A stretch of 64,000 bases of DNA, from positions 26,774,213 through 26,838,212 of the forward strand of contig OZ234493.1 of assembly GCA_965153455.1 (NCBI GenBank). Direction: 5' to 3'. Of this stretch, positions 28,049-40,291 are shown in pieces. Position 1 is the stretch's first letter; every line of letters begins with the position of its first letter. A program made the position numbers and the translations under genes. The notes beneath the pieces were generated by a model. The model had not been told where the DNA came from. It saw only the letters and a program-made list of their open reading frames with translations, and did not search any database. Origin of the DNA: Sphagnum compactum. Its lineage: Eukaryota.

Positions 28049-30687
28049 TGTGAGCCATGGATTATAATACCACAAACTGTTAAGCATTAGTTCCATAGTT
28101 TTCCTTAGTATTAATGATTTGAATCATGATAAACCTCCAAGTAATAATTATTAGGAGTGGATTAGCCTTTGGATATTTCAGCATAGAAGACTCTTTTATT
28201 GATGCAAGGCTTAGTTAGTTTAGGATCTAGTAAATTTTTTAAGTGCATTATCCTTTATGTTGTAGAGAAGGGAAAGGGGATGTAAAATTAGATGTGATTT
28301 ATTGATATATTGGGAATATAAGCCCATAACTAACAAATAACATTTCGCCATGACAATATTAAGTTAGTCTGTAGAATAATCTTCAGGCATAAATGATGTA
28401 CTTAAAAAATTTCTAGGATGTAATCCTAATACATCTTTGTTTAGTTTTGACTTCTATCAGACGCTTAGATAGAATCAAAATCAAACTTAAGTATTAACAT
28501 TTCCACCTGAGTGGCCTCAGGTGAATTACAACTTAGTAAATAACTTGAAGGGAATAGGTCACAATTGCAAAAACTCTAGAATGCGACGAATGGTGCGAGC
28601 TAGGTATTCGGCTCGATACTCCATGGAAAGGGGGTTAATTGGGCCTCGTAGCCAATGGTAATGGCCATCACCGGGAACCCACGTTCGACAATGGAGACGG
28701 ACATCATCATCTTCGCATTGACACTTTCCAAACCTTTCTGGCGCGGCTCCACGAACAGGAACGAATTTTAAATAGATTGCTAAAGCATGTGGGTTAGGAG
28801 ACAATTGACGATCCCATGCCGAACGATCGACTCAAGTGCACACCACTCGTCTGGACGGTTCTTCTTCGCGCAGCCGTTGAGAAACATTCACGTCGAGCGA
28901 TGCTTCTTCAAGCTCTTCCTGTTCTACTGGTGCAACTAGAGGATTCAAAGGCGTAGCGACATCGTCCGCCATGACTTGTTCTCACCTGCATCAACAAAAA
29001 ACCAAGAAGGTAGCAGAAATAATGTGGTACTTGTATTCAGAAGGGGTCGAAGCTTTTTATTTAACAAATTAGGGTAGGCGAAGGTGTGGGAGTGACGGTA
29101 GAACCTTATGAAGATTCAAACATCCTAGATCTAATGGATTCATCAAACCCTAATTTCGACGGTGGATCTAGAAGTATGTGGGGGTTTTTTGTGATGCAAA
29201 TTTTAATTCCAATTTACTATGTACTACATAGTTAATTAGTGCATGGTAAAATAAATAGGTAGGGGATATCAAAAGAGTAAATGGTACACGGGGATGTTAG
29301 TTCAACCATTGAATTAGTCAAGTAAGAATTCAAGGACGTTTACTTGTTATTATTGATAAATTATCCTAGTAGTTAGGTACTTGAAGTAATTAGGATGAAG
29401 AAGTAAGATGTGAAGGTCAACGGACGGAAAGGATAAGGATCAAGCTCAAGAACCTCATCAAGATATCTAAGATAAGGGGAAGGATGAATCCTCCAATCCC
29501 ATTAATCATGAGGATTGCCATCCTTTCTGATTGGAGGATGGAATATTTTTGTGTCTCATTGGGCCCAAGAATTCTCATCCTAAATTCAATTAGATGGCAA
29601 TTCATTCTCAATTCTCATTGGCTCTTGAAGGATGAGGAGGCCATTGATTGGAGCAAGGGATCTCGAAGCTTTCATTGGACAAAAGGAATAAGCTCAAGGA
29701 AGGTCATGGAGGCTTACCAAAGGAGAGGATCTTGTGTGTATGGGAGGAAGAAAAAAAAAAAAAGGATGAAGTGTGAAGAAGGATTTAGTTCTTATGTGTG
29801 GAGAGGTGTTCATGAAAAAGGTGTGTGCAAGAATCAAACATGGAAGGAAGTTGTGTGTAGCAAGTACTTGTAGCAAAGCCTCTGGATTTTTGGTTCAATT
29901 AGTTATTCTTCCCAAATCCACCGTTGGATTTGTGTCAAATTTAAATCAGTTTTAGTTTGGAAGGTGTAAAAGATTCGCCCAAAATTTCAGCATCATTGGG
30001 CTTGCTGTAAGGGAGCTACATTGGTTGGAAGTAGAGGGTGTTGTAGTGGAGTTCATGGAAGGATTTCCATGACAAAGCCGCTGGATTTTTGTTTCAATTA
30101 GTTGTTCCTCCCAAATCCACCGTTGGATTTGTGTCAAATTTAAATCAGTCTTAGTTTGAGAGGTGTAAAAGGTTCTCTTCAAATTTCAGCATCATCGGGG
30201 TTGCTGTAAGGGAGCTACACTTGTTGGAAGTAGAGGGGGTTGAATTGACTTTTTTCCCCTCAATCTAAGCAAAGTGGTTCCTAGTTCCGAGGCTCAACTC
30301 TTGATCAAAAAAATAAAATAAAAACTTATGAGATTTTGTAACATGGCTCCTTTTACATTAAGCTTTTCAAAAATTCAATGCATGTTAGATTAGGAGGTTG
30401 TATGTAGATGTTATGACAAATGGAACGGAAGGGTTCCAACCATCAAGCGTGACATTGAATTAAACATTAACATACGGCTCCTTCATATTCTATCATGGTG
30501 AGTTACGATTCTCTCACGATGTCTTTGTATCTTCAAATTGGACGCAACGCATAAGATCCTTAGTGAATTTCATTACTTACCTTGAACCACCTTATTTGTT
30601 AGACTACAACTACATAGTAGTTCCACTTCCAACCGAGTTTTTGTGAGTGCATATCTTAAAGGTGAAGGTGTGCAAAAATCCCTCACA
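28049..30687 (+). mobile_element. Family-B solo-LTR-like unit, copy 3 (2639 bp), inserted in the host integrase zinc finger
   Basis: TGTGAG...CTCACA inverted termini, perfect 5-bp TSD ATGCA (28044-28048 and 30688-30692). Confidence 0.93.
28559..28972 (-). pseudogene. Family-B internal ORF (~137 codons, one CGA>TGA-type stop), unknown protein
   Basis: MADDVATPLNPLVAPVEQEELEE...PNPHALAIYLKF...CQCEDDDVRLHCRTWVPGDGHYHWLRGPINP...LEFLQL; differs from copy 1 by an in-frame 30-nt indel. Confidence 0.6.
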
Positions 30688-33017
30688 ATGCACATCTCTA
30701 TACATAGTTGGCCACTAATATCTAGCATCCAATATTTTTTTTTGTTATTTCAATTGCAAAATACCCTCTTAATGGTCCTTCATGCAATTCTCTCATCACC
30801 ATCTGTGCTTTTGTAGTTATCAAACATTGTCACAGTCTATTATCTTGGCTCATTATGTACAATTCACCATTCTTTAGTGTGAAAGGTTATGTTCTCCTAA
30901 CCAACCTCTACTTCTGTTGTATCGATAACATGCCTTTAATTTATCTTATTTTCAAAAATTCTTTCACATCCTTTAGCCATTCAAGCTTACTATAAGACAA
31001 ACTTACATTTGTGGCTTAACCAGGCACACTTGTGGGTTTTGTAATATCTAATAATCTTGACAATGCATCTGTAACTACATGAATTTTAGTTGGCTTATAC
31101 ACTACTGTGAAGTTATATTCTAGGAACAACAACCATCTAGCTATTCTTTCTGAAACCTATGGTTTGTTGATCAAATAGACCAATGCCATAGGATATACAT
31201 AAAAGAAAAACTTATTGCCCAACAAATAGTGTTTGAACTTGTGCAAAGCAAAAATTGTTACTAAAGCCTCTATTTTTGTTGTGTTCTAATTTTGTTCTAC
31301 TATGCCATCCCATTGAATACTTGAATCTATTGTGGATTCTTGGGTGGTGGCATGTTTACTATTGCTTGTATCTTTTGTGGATCTAGTAATTTCCCTTCTT
31401 TGGAAACAATAAAACCCAAAATCATCCCTAAAAATACCATAGATACACGCTTGTTTGGATTCAAACTAATCCCATATTCTTTGCACTTTTGAAAACATAA
31501 TATGAGCTTTTGCAGATGATTGTCTATCTCATTATACACTATAAAATCATCCAAAAATATTTTCAAAAAATTGTCCAAACACTATTAGGAGATGTGGCCA
31601 AGTTCACTTTGTATTTCACTAAGATTTGAGTGAACTAGGACATATTCACTATAGGAAATCATGGTAAAACATGTTAAGCCCCTAGTGAACGAGGACCAGT
31701 TGCTACGGACAGGTCAATTAAGCTAGTGAAACAAGATGGTAATAAGTGATGCCCAAATTCAGGTGGAATTTACACCTATTAGTTAAATCAACCTACAACA
31801 CTAGTCAATTAAGAGGGTTTTTTCACCCGATGTGATTTATGAATTTAAATTGTTTTTCATATTGTGTTTAGTTAATTTAGGAGAGTTTTTTCACAAATTA
31901 TGGTTGGTTGATTTAGGGAGATTTTTCCATCTGTTAACCATAAAATATGGGTAATTAACTCCATAATATTTTCATCTTGTAATTTCCATGTGTCCATCTA
32001 AGAATTCAAGATGACAAGTATAGAAACATGCATAGAAACTTGTAAGGTTTGATGATCCTTGTTTGAACTTTCAGTGTGCTTGCAATTTATACAAATGAAA
32101 AGTCACCACTACCCTTGGATGACATTTTGTTGCCCTAGACTGCCTAGACACACCACATCAATAAATTTATGACAATGGACAATTTGAGTGAGACAAATTT
32201 GGTGAAACAAAAAAATTGAGAGAAGATAGGTGGATAAGAGGGCAGCTAATAAAAATAGAAATTATAGTCTCCAACAAGCCAAATTCCATACAATTATATT
32301 GTTTCAACATCCAAGTGGCTTATTCCAAAGTGGGTCTTAATGTGCCAATGGGTCTTCTAAATCAAATTTTGTTCAACACTGATGGTAAACTAATGTTTGG
32401 AATTTATATAGTATCACAATCATGCCTTCATTTGATGCTTGGAGACCACCAACCACCATGAGCTGCAAGCATTCAATCGAAGAAAATCAATGCCATAACA
32501 TGTTTATAACTGACTAGATAAAAAACATGAAATTACCAATGAAGTGTATTGAATGCATTTGTAAAAACTAAAAAATAATCTAAACAAACAATTGAGCATC
32601 ACCATGATTATAATTAGTGAACATGGTTTTTTCAAATTTGTACTGGCAGGTTCTTAACAGGGTTGTGTAGAGTTAGGCAGTCAATTTTCTTAATAACAAT
32701 TAGCATGCTGAACACAATATCAATCTACACTACTAGGCAAATATCTTCTGCATAATTCCTAGGACTTGGTTTAAGAGAACTCTCACAAGGTGATTTTGTT
32801 GGCAAATAGATCTTTTGTCCACTACCCATAAATTGCCTTCCATCTTGTTGGCTCGATTTTCCTGCTGAAACTCTATCTTGTTGTCTTGTAAGTATGTTGT
32901 TGTCTCTGTTAATGGTCTCACCATCTACCAGAACATTAGTAGCATGTAAACTCACATCAATAGGCTGCCTCATGTGCTTTCTAGTGCCAAAGTGTGTGCA
33001 GTATATGTAGAAAGATC

Positions 33018-34170
33018 CTAGGACCCATTGAAAAACAAATTGTAGAGTGTGAGTGTGATCCCAAACTAAGGGCTCGTTCGTATGACCAGCACAAGGCTAC
33101 CCTTGAAGAGAGCTTTAGGTCCTTCCCTTTTTATGAGCAACTGCAAACACTGCAGCCAATCCCTGTATGGTTCTTCTCCTGGAGTTGGTTCTTTCTGCTC
33201 CAACAACAGTTCTCATCAATCAACTTGAACACCATTGATGCTCCTCACTACTACACAGTTGTACAATCTATAGCGCATGATATATAAACATTCATGTTGA
33301 TAATCTGCACAAACGATGAATACAACACAAAATATTGAGAAGGAAAGAGTGGTACCAAAATGAGATCACACCTGCAAGCGAGTCTTGATAATGTCCATCG
33401 GTGTGACTAAGACAGCGGCTGGAATGGTAGCTAGACATTCGGCCATGAGGTTTTGATCAGGATAAAGTTGCTGTTAAAGTGTATAGCAAGCGAAAAAAAT
33501 AGCTGAACTTGGGACATCTTGGGCCATAGTGATGCCTGCTCCTCTGTAAAGACCCAGGACCCCAAGTTCTCTTACAACATCAAACATAGTTTTGGGTACC
33601 CCACCCTTCGCTTGTGTCTGAAGGCGAACTTTGACTATCTCCATTGGATTGGTGAAGACAACCTATGCACAAGACAAAAATCCAATTCAAAAACATTTCT
33701 GCAAAACAAGAGCTATAAGATGGATATGGCAAACCAGATCTTACAAATGAGTGCACACCTGTGAGAATCTTCCCCCTCCACCTGCTATGAACTCAAGCAA
33801 CCAAATCCGAGCTCTTAGCATCATAGTCTCCAGCACCCCTAACAGCATCTCATTTACTGTCAGCTTCATTACCTGATATATCAAAAACAAACATCAGTGC
33901 AGGTAAGAGAAATGAAAAGGTTGTTTGTCACAAATCATGAAAATCAACAAATAAAAGAAAAATTAAATATTAACATCTCCAGATGAAATTGTGGTGCTTG
34001 GTACAACCCAAAAAATCATCTGCAATGACACACCTTCTCTGGAGCAATGCCAAGCAACTGCGGTACCAAGCCACTATAGACTGATGCTGGCCCTTCTTTG
34101 ACAACTAGCTGCTTTAAATAGTCAATCTCATCTTTGTACTGAGGTTCCTGCCCCTCCAGCAAACCATCAC
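33018..34170 (-). pseudogene. Captured mitochondrial carrier (SLC25, aspartate/glutamate-carrier-like) fragment; exons ~34170-34034, 33872-33759, 33662-33372, 33194-33018
   Basis: YSGLVPQLLGIAPEK|VMKLTVNE..|VVFTNPMEIVKVRLQ..LVTPMDIIKTRLQ|..REGPKALFKG..RTSP*FGITL; PX[DE]XX[KR] signatures, GT-AG introns, stops and frameshifts. Confidence 0.88.
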
Positions 34171-34697
34171 CCAACAGATGGGTTTCATCACCCAAGTCAT
34201 TATCTTCCAAACCCCCTTTAACTACAAGCTCAAATCTGACAAGCTCCATAACCTGGTCACAAAAGATACCTCTTGGGAAACGGAAGAAGCAACAGAGAAT
34301 CAATACAACAAAGAAGAGATATCTATGAGATTGCAAAGAAATACTCCCAACAACACTGTAATGGCAACATGACAAGAATGAGTGTAGTCATAACCTTATG
34401 AGTGTCACTCACAAAGTGCCAGACCATCATCACGATGGTCTGACCAAACTCCCCACCAACAGGAAACCATCTAACCCCATTTGTCTGGGGATGTGTTTGC
34501 TTCATTGCTTCTTCCATTCTCAGCTGGAAAAAGGCCCCTAAAATATCCATCGTACAACATATCAATGTCTGCAGCCTGGCTATCACCATTGATTCCACTA
34601 GATGCACTATGGTTAATGTAGGACTGTGAGGACGTTGTGCCCAATGGGGCTGCTTCATCTAGTGCAGTCCTTGTACTTTGAGGGTGTGGTCGTCGCT

Positions 34698-34744
34698 GGG
34701 TTTAGGGTTTAAGGTTTAGGGTTTGAACCCTAAACCCTAAACCC
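34698..34744. repeat. Short interstitial telomere-type inverted repeat (TTTAGGG)n-(CCCTAAA)n
   Basis: gggtttagggtttaaggtttagggtttg aaccctaaaccctaaaccc. Confidence 0.8.
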
Positions 34745-35059
34745 TTTTCCCTAGTCGCATTTTTGGATTGGTATTGTTGTTAAAATCTGCAATACAAATT
34801 GTCCATGAGACTTGGTGGGGTAATCTATCTGCTCATGGAGTCAATCCAAATTACTTGTTTGATAGCATTTCCACAGTTAGCTTTTCAAACTGGGAATGAG
34901 GATCTAGAGTAAGATCCTAAATGTCATAAGGCTGTTATTGAATGGCAAAGTTTTTGCATGAATTTGGTACTAGAAGTTCTTTGTTTTGTATCTGTGAGAG
35001 AAGCTTTGGAATTGTGTTCCACATTACATCAAACCCTTGGTGATAATAAGACAATTGAA

Positions 35060-37285
35060 TGTCAGCTACCAGCTTCCATGATTTGAAACTCCTATGCACA
35101 CTAAGTGGCCCCATGATTCCTGCACTGGATGGAGCTATTGTGCATTCATTCCCTCATGGGTGGTCTTACCTGAAGCCAAAGCTGCAGATGGTTCCTTTGT
35201 CAATCCCATTGTGGTACAACACTGTTGCTCTCCTGCTGCCATTCATTCTGTCCTTTGTACTGAGAAATCTATCATTTCTTAGCTAGTCAGGTGTTGAAAA
35301 TTGGTTCATGCAAAAGCAAGCAAGCTTCTGTCTCTCTCCTCTTTGATTTTGGGAGTTATGTTTGGGATGGCAGGTTTTCAGGGTGCAAGTGGGTATTCAG
35401 TCCCTTGATGGCATTAGTGCATTGAGGGGAATACTTCAAAGATTTAGTGATTTCTTGAAGCTTTTTACTGCAGTGAGTATTTGCTACACCTTAAGCTTTT
35501 CAAATGATTTTTTGTTTTGTTTTCACTGTTTCCAGTGTATTGGAGAGAGATTCACTCACAAAAATCTTTAGTTCATCCATTTTTGTATCATGCATAGGAG
35601 GTTTAGGCTGCAAGATCCTGGAATAGAAGTGGTTCTCTGTGTCCTGCAGTTAAAGCAGTATTTTCCAAAGAAGAAATTGCCAGCAGCCCTGGCTAAACAT
35701 TCACTGATGCGTATGAACTCAAGCACCTTACTTCTTGAGGTATGATAATAATACATTCACACTGGAATGCTATAGCAGAAGTTTCTAGAAGAATTTCCAC
35801 ACTGTCAGATGTAATCAGTGATGCATTATCCATGCAAAAGTGCAGACTACACAATTGTTTCTTACCACAATTTATTGTTCATCTTTTCATATTGAATGTG
35901 AAGGGGGTTTGGATAGACCTGATTGTCAAGGGCAATGGGCAAGATGTATCTGAGATATATAGGATTCAATTAAGGTGACTGCCTTTGCTCTTGCTAGTGG
36001 GAGCATTCTATCAAGACTTGTAGTGTTGTTAATGAACTTTTAAGGTCAAAACCTGTTTTGTCCCTCATTCTATTCATGGGTGTTGATACACTGAGCACCT
36101 ATAGTTGGACAGGCAAGAGATTGTCAAAGTTCTGTATTTTAGAACATTCAGTTTGCTTTGAGCAGTTGCCATTTACACAGTGTGTATGTGCATCAAAATG
36201 TTGTGACTTTTAGAGGACAATTGATTCCTCCCAGTACTGAGTCTGGGTTTTGTTGTATGCAGAGAAGGTATGCATTGGAGGATTGGCTTGGAAGGTTGCT
36301 TGCTAACATAGTCATATCTCGTAGTGCCCCCATGGCATCCTTCCTTGAGCTTGAGGCTGCAGCCTGATTTGGTAAGCAAACTGCACAGATGCTTTGTATA
36401 CTTTGGAATAGATGGGTGAAAAGGGTTTGTGGTCAAGCAATTCTTTTGTGCACATATGCCCATGACCTAATGGAAATTTTTGTCTTGCAATGCACTTGTC
36501 TTGAGCAGTGGAGTTTTGTATTTGCACTGTAAGAGACAACAGTCCATGGAAGTATAGTAATAGGTTCTTTGTTATGAGTGGCAGCGGTGCAATCTATAGG
36601 AGATGGCCAAGCACAGGCAAGTTGCCCCTATAGTAGCAGGTTTCCCCCCAACCAACAATGCTTCATTGCATCTCTCACCAAGCCCCACCTCAAGACTATC
36701 ATGGACAGGTGGAGGAGGTTTGTCAGTTGCTTTAGGAGGCTTGTCAAACCTTGAATATGGAAGTGATGGGACTTATGAAAATTCTGGAGTTGGCACTTTG
36801 CGGAAGGGGAGTGATAATGGCTTGGAGATTGAGATGAAAGCACTTGCCATTGAGGAAGAATCAGCTATTATTGCTGCAGTGTCAAATCGTGGTGAAAACC
36901 TCCTCCAGGATCAGAGAACCTTATTAACATTCACAAGGAATGGTGGTGGAGAGGAAGCTGGGATGGATTTGCATATGCAATCTTCAACTCAGGAAGAAGA
37001 GCTTCTGCAAAGTTTTGAAGGCAGAAAACCATCATCATCAGCCTTGGTAATCTGTTGTACATATTATCTAGAGTTTCTTTGTTGCTTTTTCCCTTCTCTG
37101 TTCAACAAATATATGGTGGTGGTCATCCAAGACTGTGTACTGATGTGTGGTTTTGTCATATCCAGGTTACATTGCATACAGAGTATGAAAGTGACTCCCA
37201 TTCACAATTTCCAACAACCGAAAGAGGGAACCATGCCGATTTGGCAAGGATAAGCGCTGGTGTTTCAACTTCGAAAAGCTTCTAG
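35060..37285 (+). pseudogene. Captured EREX/EREL-like PX-domain gene fragment; exons ~35060-35213, 35374-35472, 35650-35739, 36263-36371, 36585-37046, possibly 37166-37285
   Basis: [75 protein letters not shown] and YGSDGTYENS match the plant EREX PX family as I recall it; GT-AG introns; premature TGA at 36365; no coiled-coil C-terminus. Confidence 0.85.
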
Positions 37286-37367
37286 TTGAACTCTAGCTTG
37301 GGCAATACTTATTTCTATTCCTGGTGTGTTGGTTAAAATTAATTAAGTTTAGCTGCATATTTCCAAG

Positions 37368-38050
37368 GAAAACAAGAACTTAACAGGAATCGCCCGCTAT
37401 GCCAGCATCAATACATATCTTGGGATTGGTTAGTTGGAACCATGTTGAACTTGTTCCAAATGTTCTTTTTTTCTGGCTGAATAATAGTCTTCTTTGAGGA
37501 ACTTGTTGTATGATTGAAAATGATGTTCTTTGTGATCTGACAAGTTTCATCTCAATTTATCCATAATGGATGCTTGTATGTTTTTCAGAACAGAGCAGAA
37601 AGGATGACTTGGAGTCTCTCGGCTATGTGCTCATGTACCTCTTGCGGGGCATGTTAGTGTGTTCCAAGTTTTTTTCTTCTAATTTTAATCTAAGATGTTG
37701 ATTTTATTGCAACGATAGATGTTTTCTCTGAAACATTTTTACTGTTGTTGGTTGTGCCAGTCTATCCTGGCAAGGGTTAAAAAGGCAGGGACTGAAAAGC
37801 AGAAATATGAGAAAATCAGTGAGAAGAAAATGCCAACTCCAATTGAGGCACTGAAGTGGTTGGATATATATTTGTCAATTCTGCCAGTCTCATTATGTTG
37901 TTTTCTGTTTCCTGGAGTTCTTTTGGGGCCTTTATTTCAGTGGGCATAACTTATAGCTTGTTGGAAAGATTCCATGCCCCTCTTACAGGAGAATCTAAGC
38001 ATTAATGGGTTTACCAATCATGCAAGTGCTTTGCAAAGCATACCCATTCC
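37368..38050 (+). pseudogene. Captured casein kinase 1 internal fragment; exons 37368-37428, 37589-~37652, 37761-37847, ~38026-38050
   Basis: [76 protein letters not shown]; contains a frameshift and lacks the kinase N-lobe. Confidence 0.92.
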
Positions 38051-38225
38051 ATAGTAAGTATGGGCTGGCTCTATGAAGCTTGGTTCCATAGTATGTAAGC
38101 ATCAGCCCTATGAAGCTCGGCCCTCTGAAGCTTGTTCCATAGTACATAAGGGTTAGCCCAACCAGTCCCATTCCATAGTACATAAGGGCTAGGCCTACCA
38201 AGCCCATTCTACATGTATGTAAGGG
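38045..38225. repeat. Degenerate ~36-50-bp tandem repeat inside the Pack-CACTA
   Basis: Recurring ttccatagta(c/t)(a/g)taag..agccc units right where CK1 homology stops. Confidence 0.6.
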
Positions 38226-40291
38226 TTGCTGGCCTGAGGAGGCCTGTTGTGTTTCGCCTGTCCACAAATGATGGCCAGCATCTAGACTCTCAACAATGCC
38301 TCAATTGAATACCCATGTTGAACCTATTGTTTATGCAGGAAAAACAAACATGCAATGATTTTGGCTATGGCCTTAGCTAGTCCACATCACACATGTATTT
38401 GGAGCATCATCAAAAGTTCAATATGGACCTAGCATATGTTGAACATCTCACAACTTAAGGATTTAAAAGCTTCATATTTTTTTGTCCCACATGGGAATGA
38501 GTGGTTTTTGTCTTCTGCATGCTACCTCAATATCGTGCACAAGAAAGTCAAGCCATTATTTTTCCACCACATCCATAATTTTTCCCTCCCCCAAAAACAA
38601 GAGTAAAAATGTAGGTGAAAATAATCATCAAACGCATGATCAATGCTTGAAATGAGAATATATAGATAAAATATGTCACATTTAACTAATTAATTTACTA
38701 ATGCCCTGAACCCAATTAACTAGAATTTTTCAATAATTATTTTAATAATGTTAAAGAAACAAACCTAGTAAACAAACTTCACCCTTAGTAATCATGTACA
38801 CCATATAGTGAACCATTTTCACCAATGAAGGTAAGGGCAGTGAAATTATAGTGAACTTAATTCACTTTTATGGTTGCACAGTGAAATAGCCTAGTGAACT
38901 ACACCACACTTTCCTAGTAGTGAAATATTCTCTAAATGATTTGGTCACAATTTTTTGATATGTTGGAGGTCCATTTTTCACTCCAAACGACATTACCTTC
39001 CATAATTAAAGCCCCCCAATCTGTAATAAATGTAGTCTTATATCTATCCTCTAGAGCTATAGAATTTTGATGATATCCTGAATACCCATCTAAAAAGGAA
39101 TATGTTTTATAGCCTGCTACTGTGTTTAGAACTTCATCTTATAAGGTGAATGGTATGGATCTTTCTTTGTGGTTGCATTTAATTTTTTGAAATTTACACA
39201 GATTTTCAATTTACCATTCTTCTTTGGTATTACTACTATAGGTGACAACCATGTAGCCTCCTCTATAAATTGAATGAATCCGGGTGCTAACAATTTATTA
39301 ATATCTTGTTTGACTGCTATAACATATTTTGGATTTAATTTGTACCTGGCGTGATGTGCCAATGGTATAGTAATATCCAACTCAATTATGTGTTGTGTTA
39401 ACTTTGGTGGAATCCTTTTCAAATCTTTGTATGTCCATGCAAAAACATTTTTGAATTTCTTCAACAATTGCTCCAATTTCAACACCTTGTCTGTTTCCAA
39501 TTGTGCATTAATCTTCACCATTTGTGGTTTTGCATCAATTCCCAGATTGAACTTCATCAATTGTTGATCTTTAGTTAGTGTCCATCCATCTATCTATAAT
39601 TCATGTGGTTTGATTTTTGCTAGAGTTTCATCCACGATAACACTCCTAAGTTTATGATTGTAGTACATATCTAGATACACCTTATCTTCCAAAACTACTT
39701 CTGGTTCATATATGTTGCCAACTATCTTCTTCTTTGTGTTCTATACTTCAAATTTCTGCTTTGAAATAGTTGTATTCACATTTGTATCCATGATTTCCAC
39801 ATGTAGTTTTCACATATTGAATTGTTTCAAGTAAACCTATTGTTCCTATTGAGAACAATTCTGGCTCTATGGCAAAGATGATATTTTTTCTTCATTTGTG
39901 ATGCCATTCTAATAATCGTAGCACAGTAACACTTTAGGTCTTCCTATTTCACCTCCCAAACGTTTGGTGAATGTAATTGTTTGGATTGTCCTTTTCCCTT
40001 GTATGGTAACAGTGTTACTCCCCTAATCATGTGCCACTTCAACCATGGTCTCTTTAACAACATGGAATTTTTACTAGAATCTACCACACTATTCTGAAGT
40101 ACAATAAACGTAGTTATGTAAGGAATACCATGAACATATATCTTTAGATCTCTGATCAACCCCACTGGTTTTGTGGTTGTTTGATCTACCACCCTCATAT
40201 TATATGGTGTGGGTTTTGGCTTTGGAAGCCCCAACCTAAATCTCAACTATTCTGGGATAATATTAACTTCAAAACCTCCATCTAGCAACAC

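Larger units (their letters stand above)
31580..38922. mobile_element. Non-autonomous CACTA (En/Spm) element carrying host gene fragments (Pack-CACTA), 7343 bp
   Basis: Left TIR CACTATTAGGAGATGTGG; right end reverse-complements to CACTACTAGGAAAGTGTGG; 3-bp TSD AAA; AGTTCACT/AGTGAACT subterminal motifs at both ends; the flanks rejoin as a continuous gypsy RT frame; no transposase seen. Confidence 0.92.
22815..40291 (-). mobile_element. Decayed non-chromovirus (Tat-like) Ty3/gypsy host, surviving as segments 40291-38926, 31579-30693, 28048-25416 and 22844-22815
   Basis: Protease region (39944-40246); RT FAWTYKDLK..PP and WLSPIVVIPKKNG; REYL|DNFLKIFLDDF rejoins across the CACTA; integrase [19 protein letters not shown] rejoins across the solo [11 protein letters not shown] and DQGVHF; extra 3' ORF region. 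Confidence 0.85.

Noticed and set aside
32728-32737. Internal CACTACTAGG as a nested CACTA end
   Set aside because: No adjacent subterminal repeats and no partner with a matching TSD.
36603-37253. Stand-alone 216-aa gene
   Set aside because: It is an internal EREX-like exon read through into the following intron.
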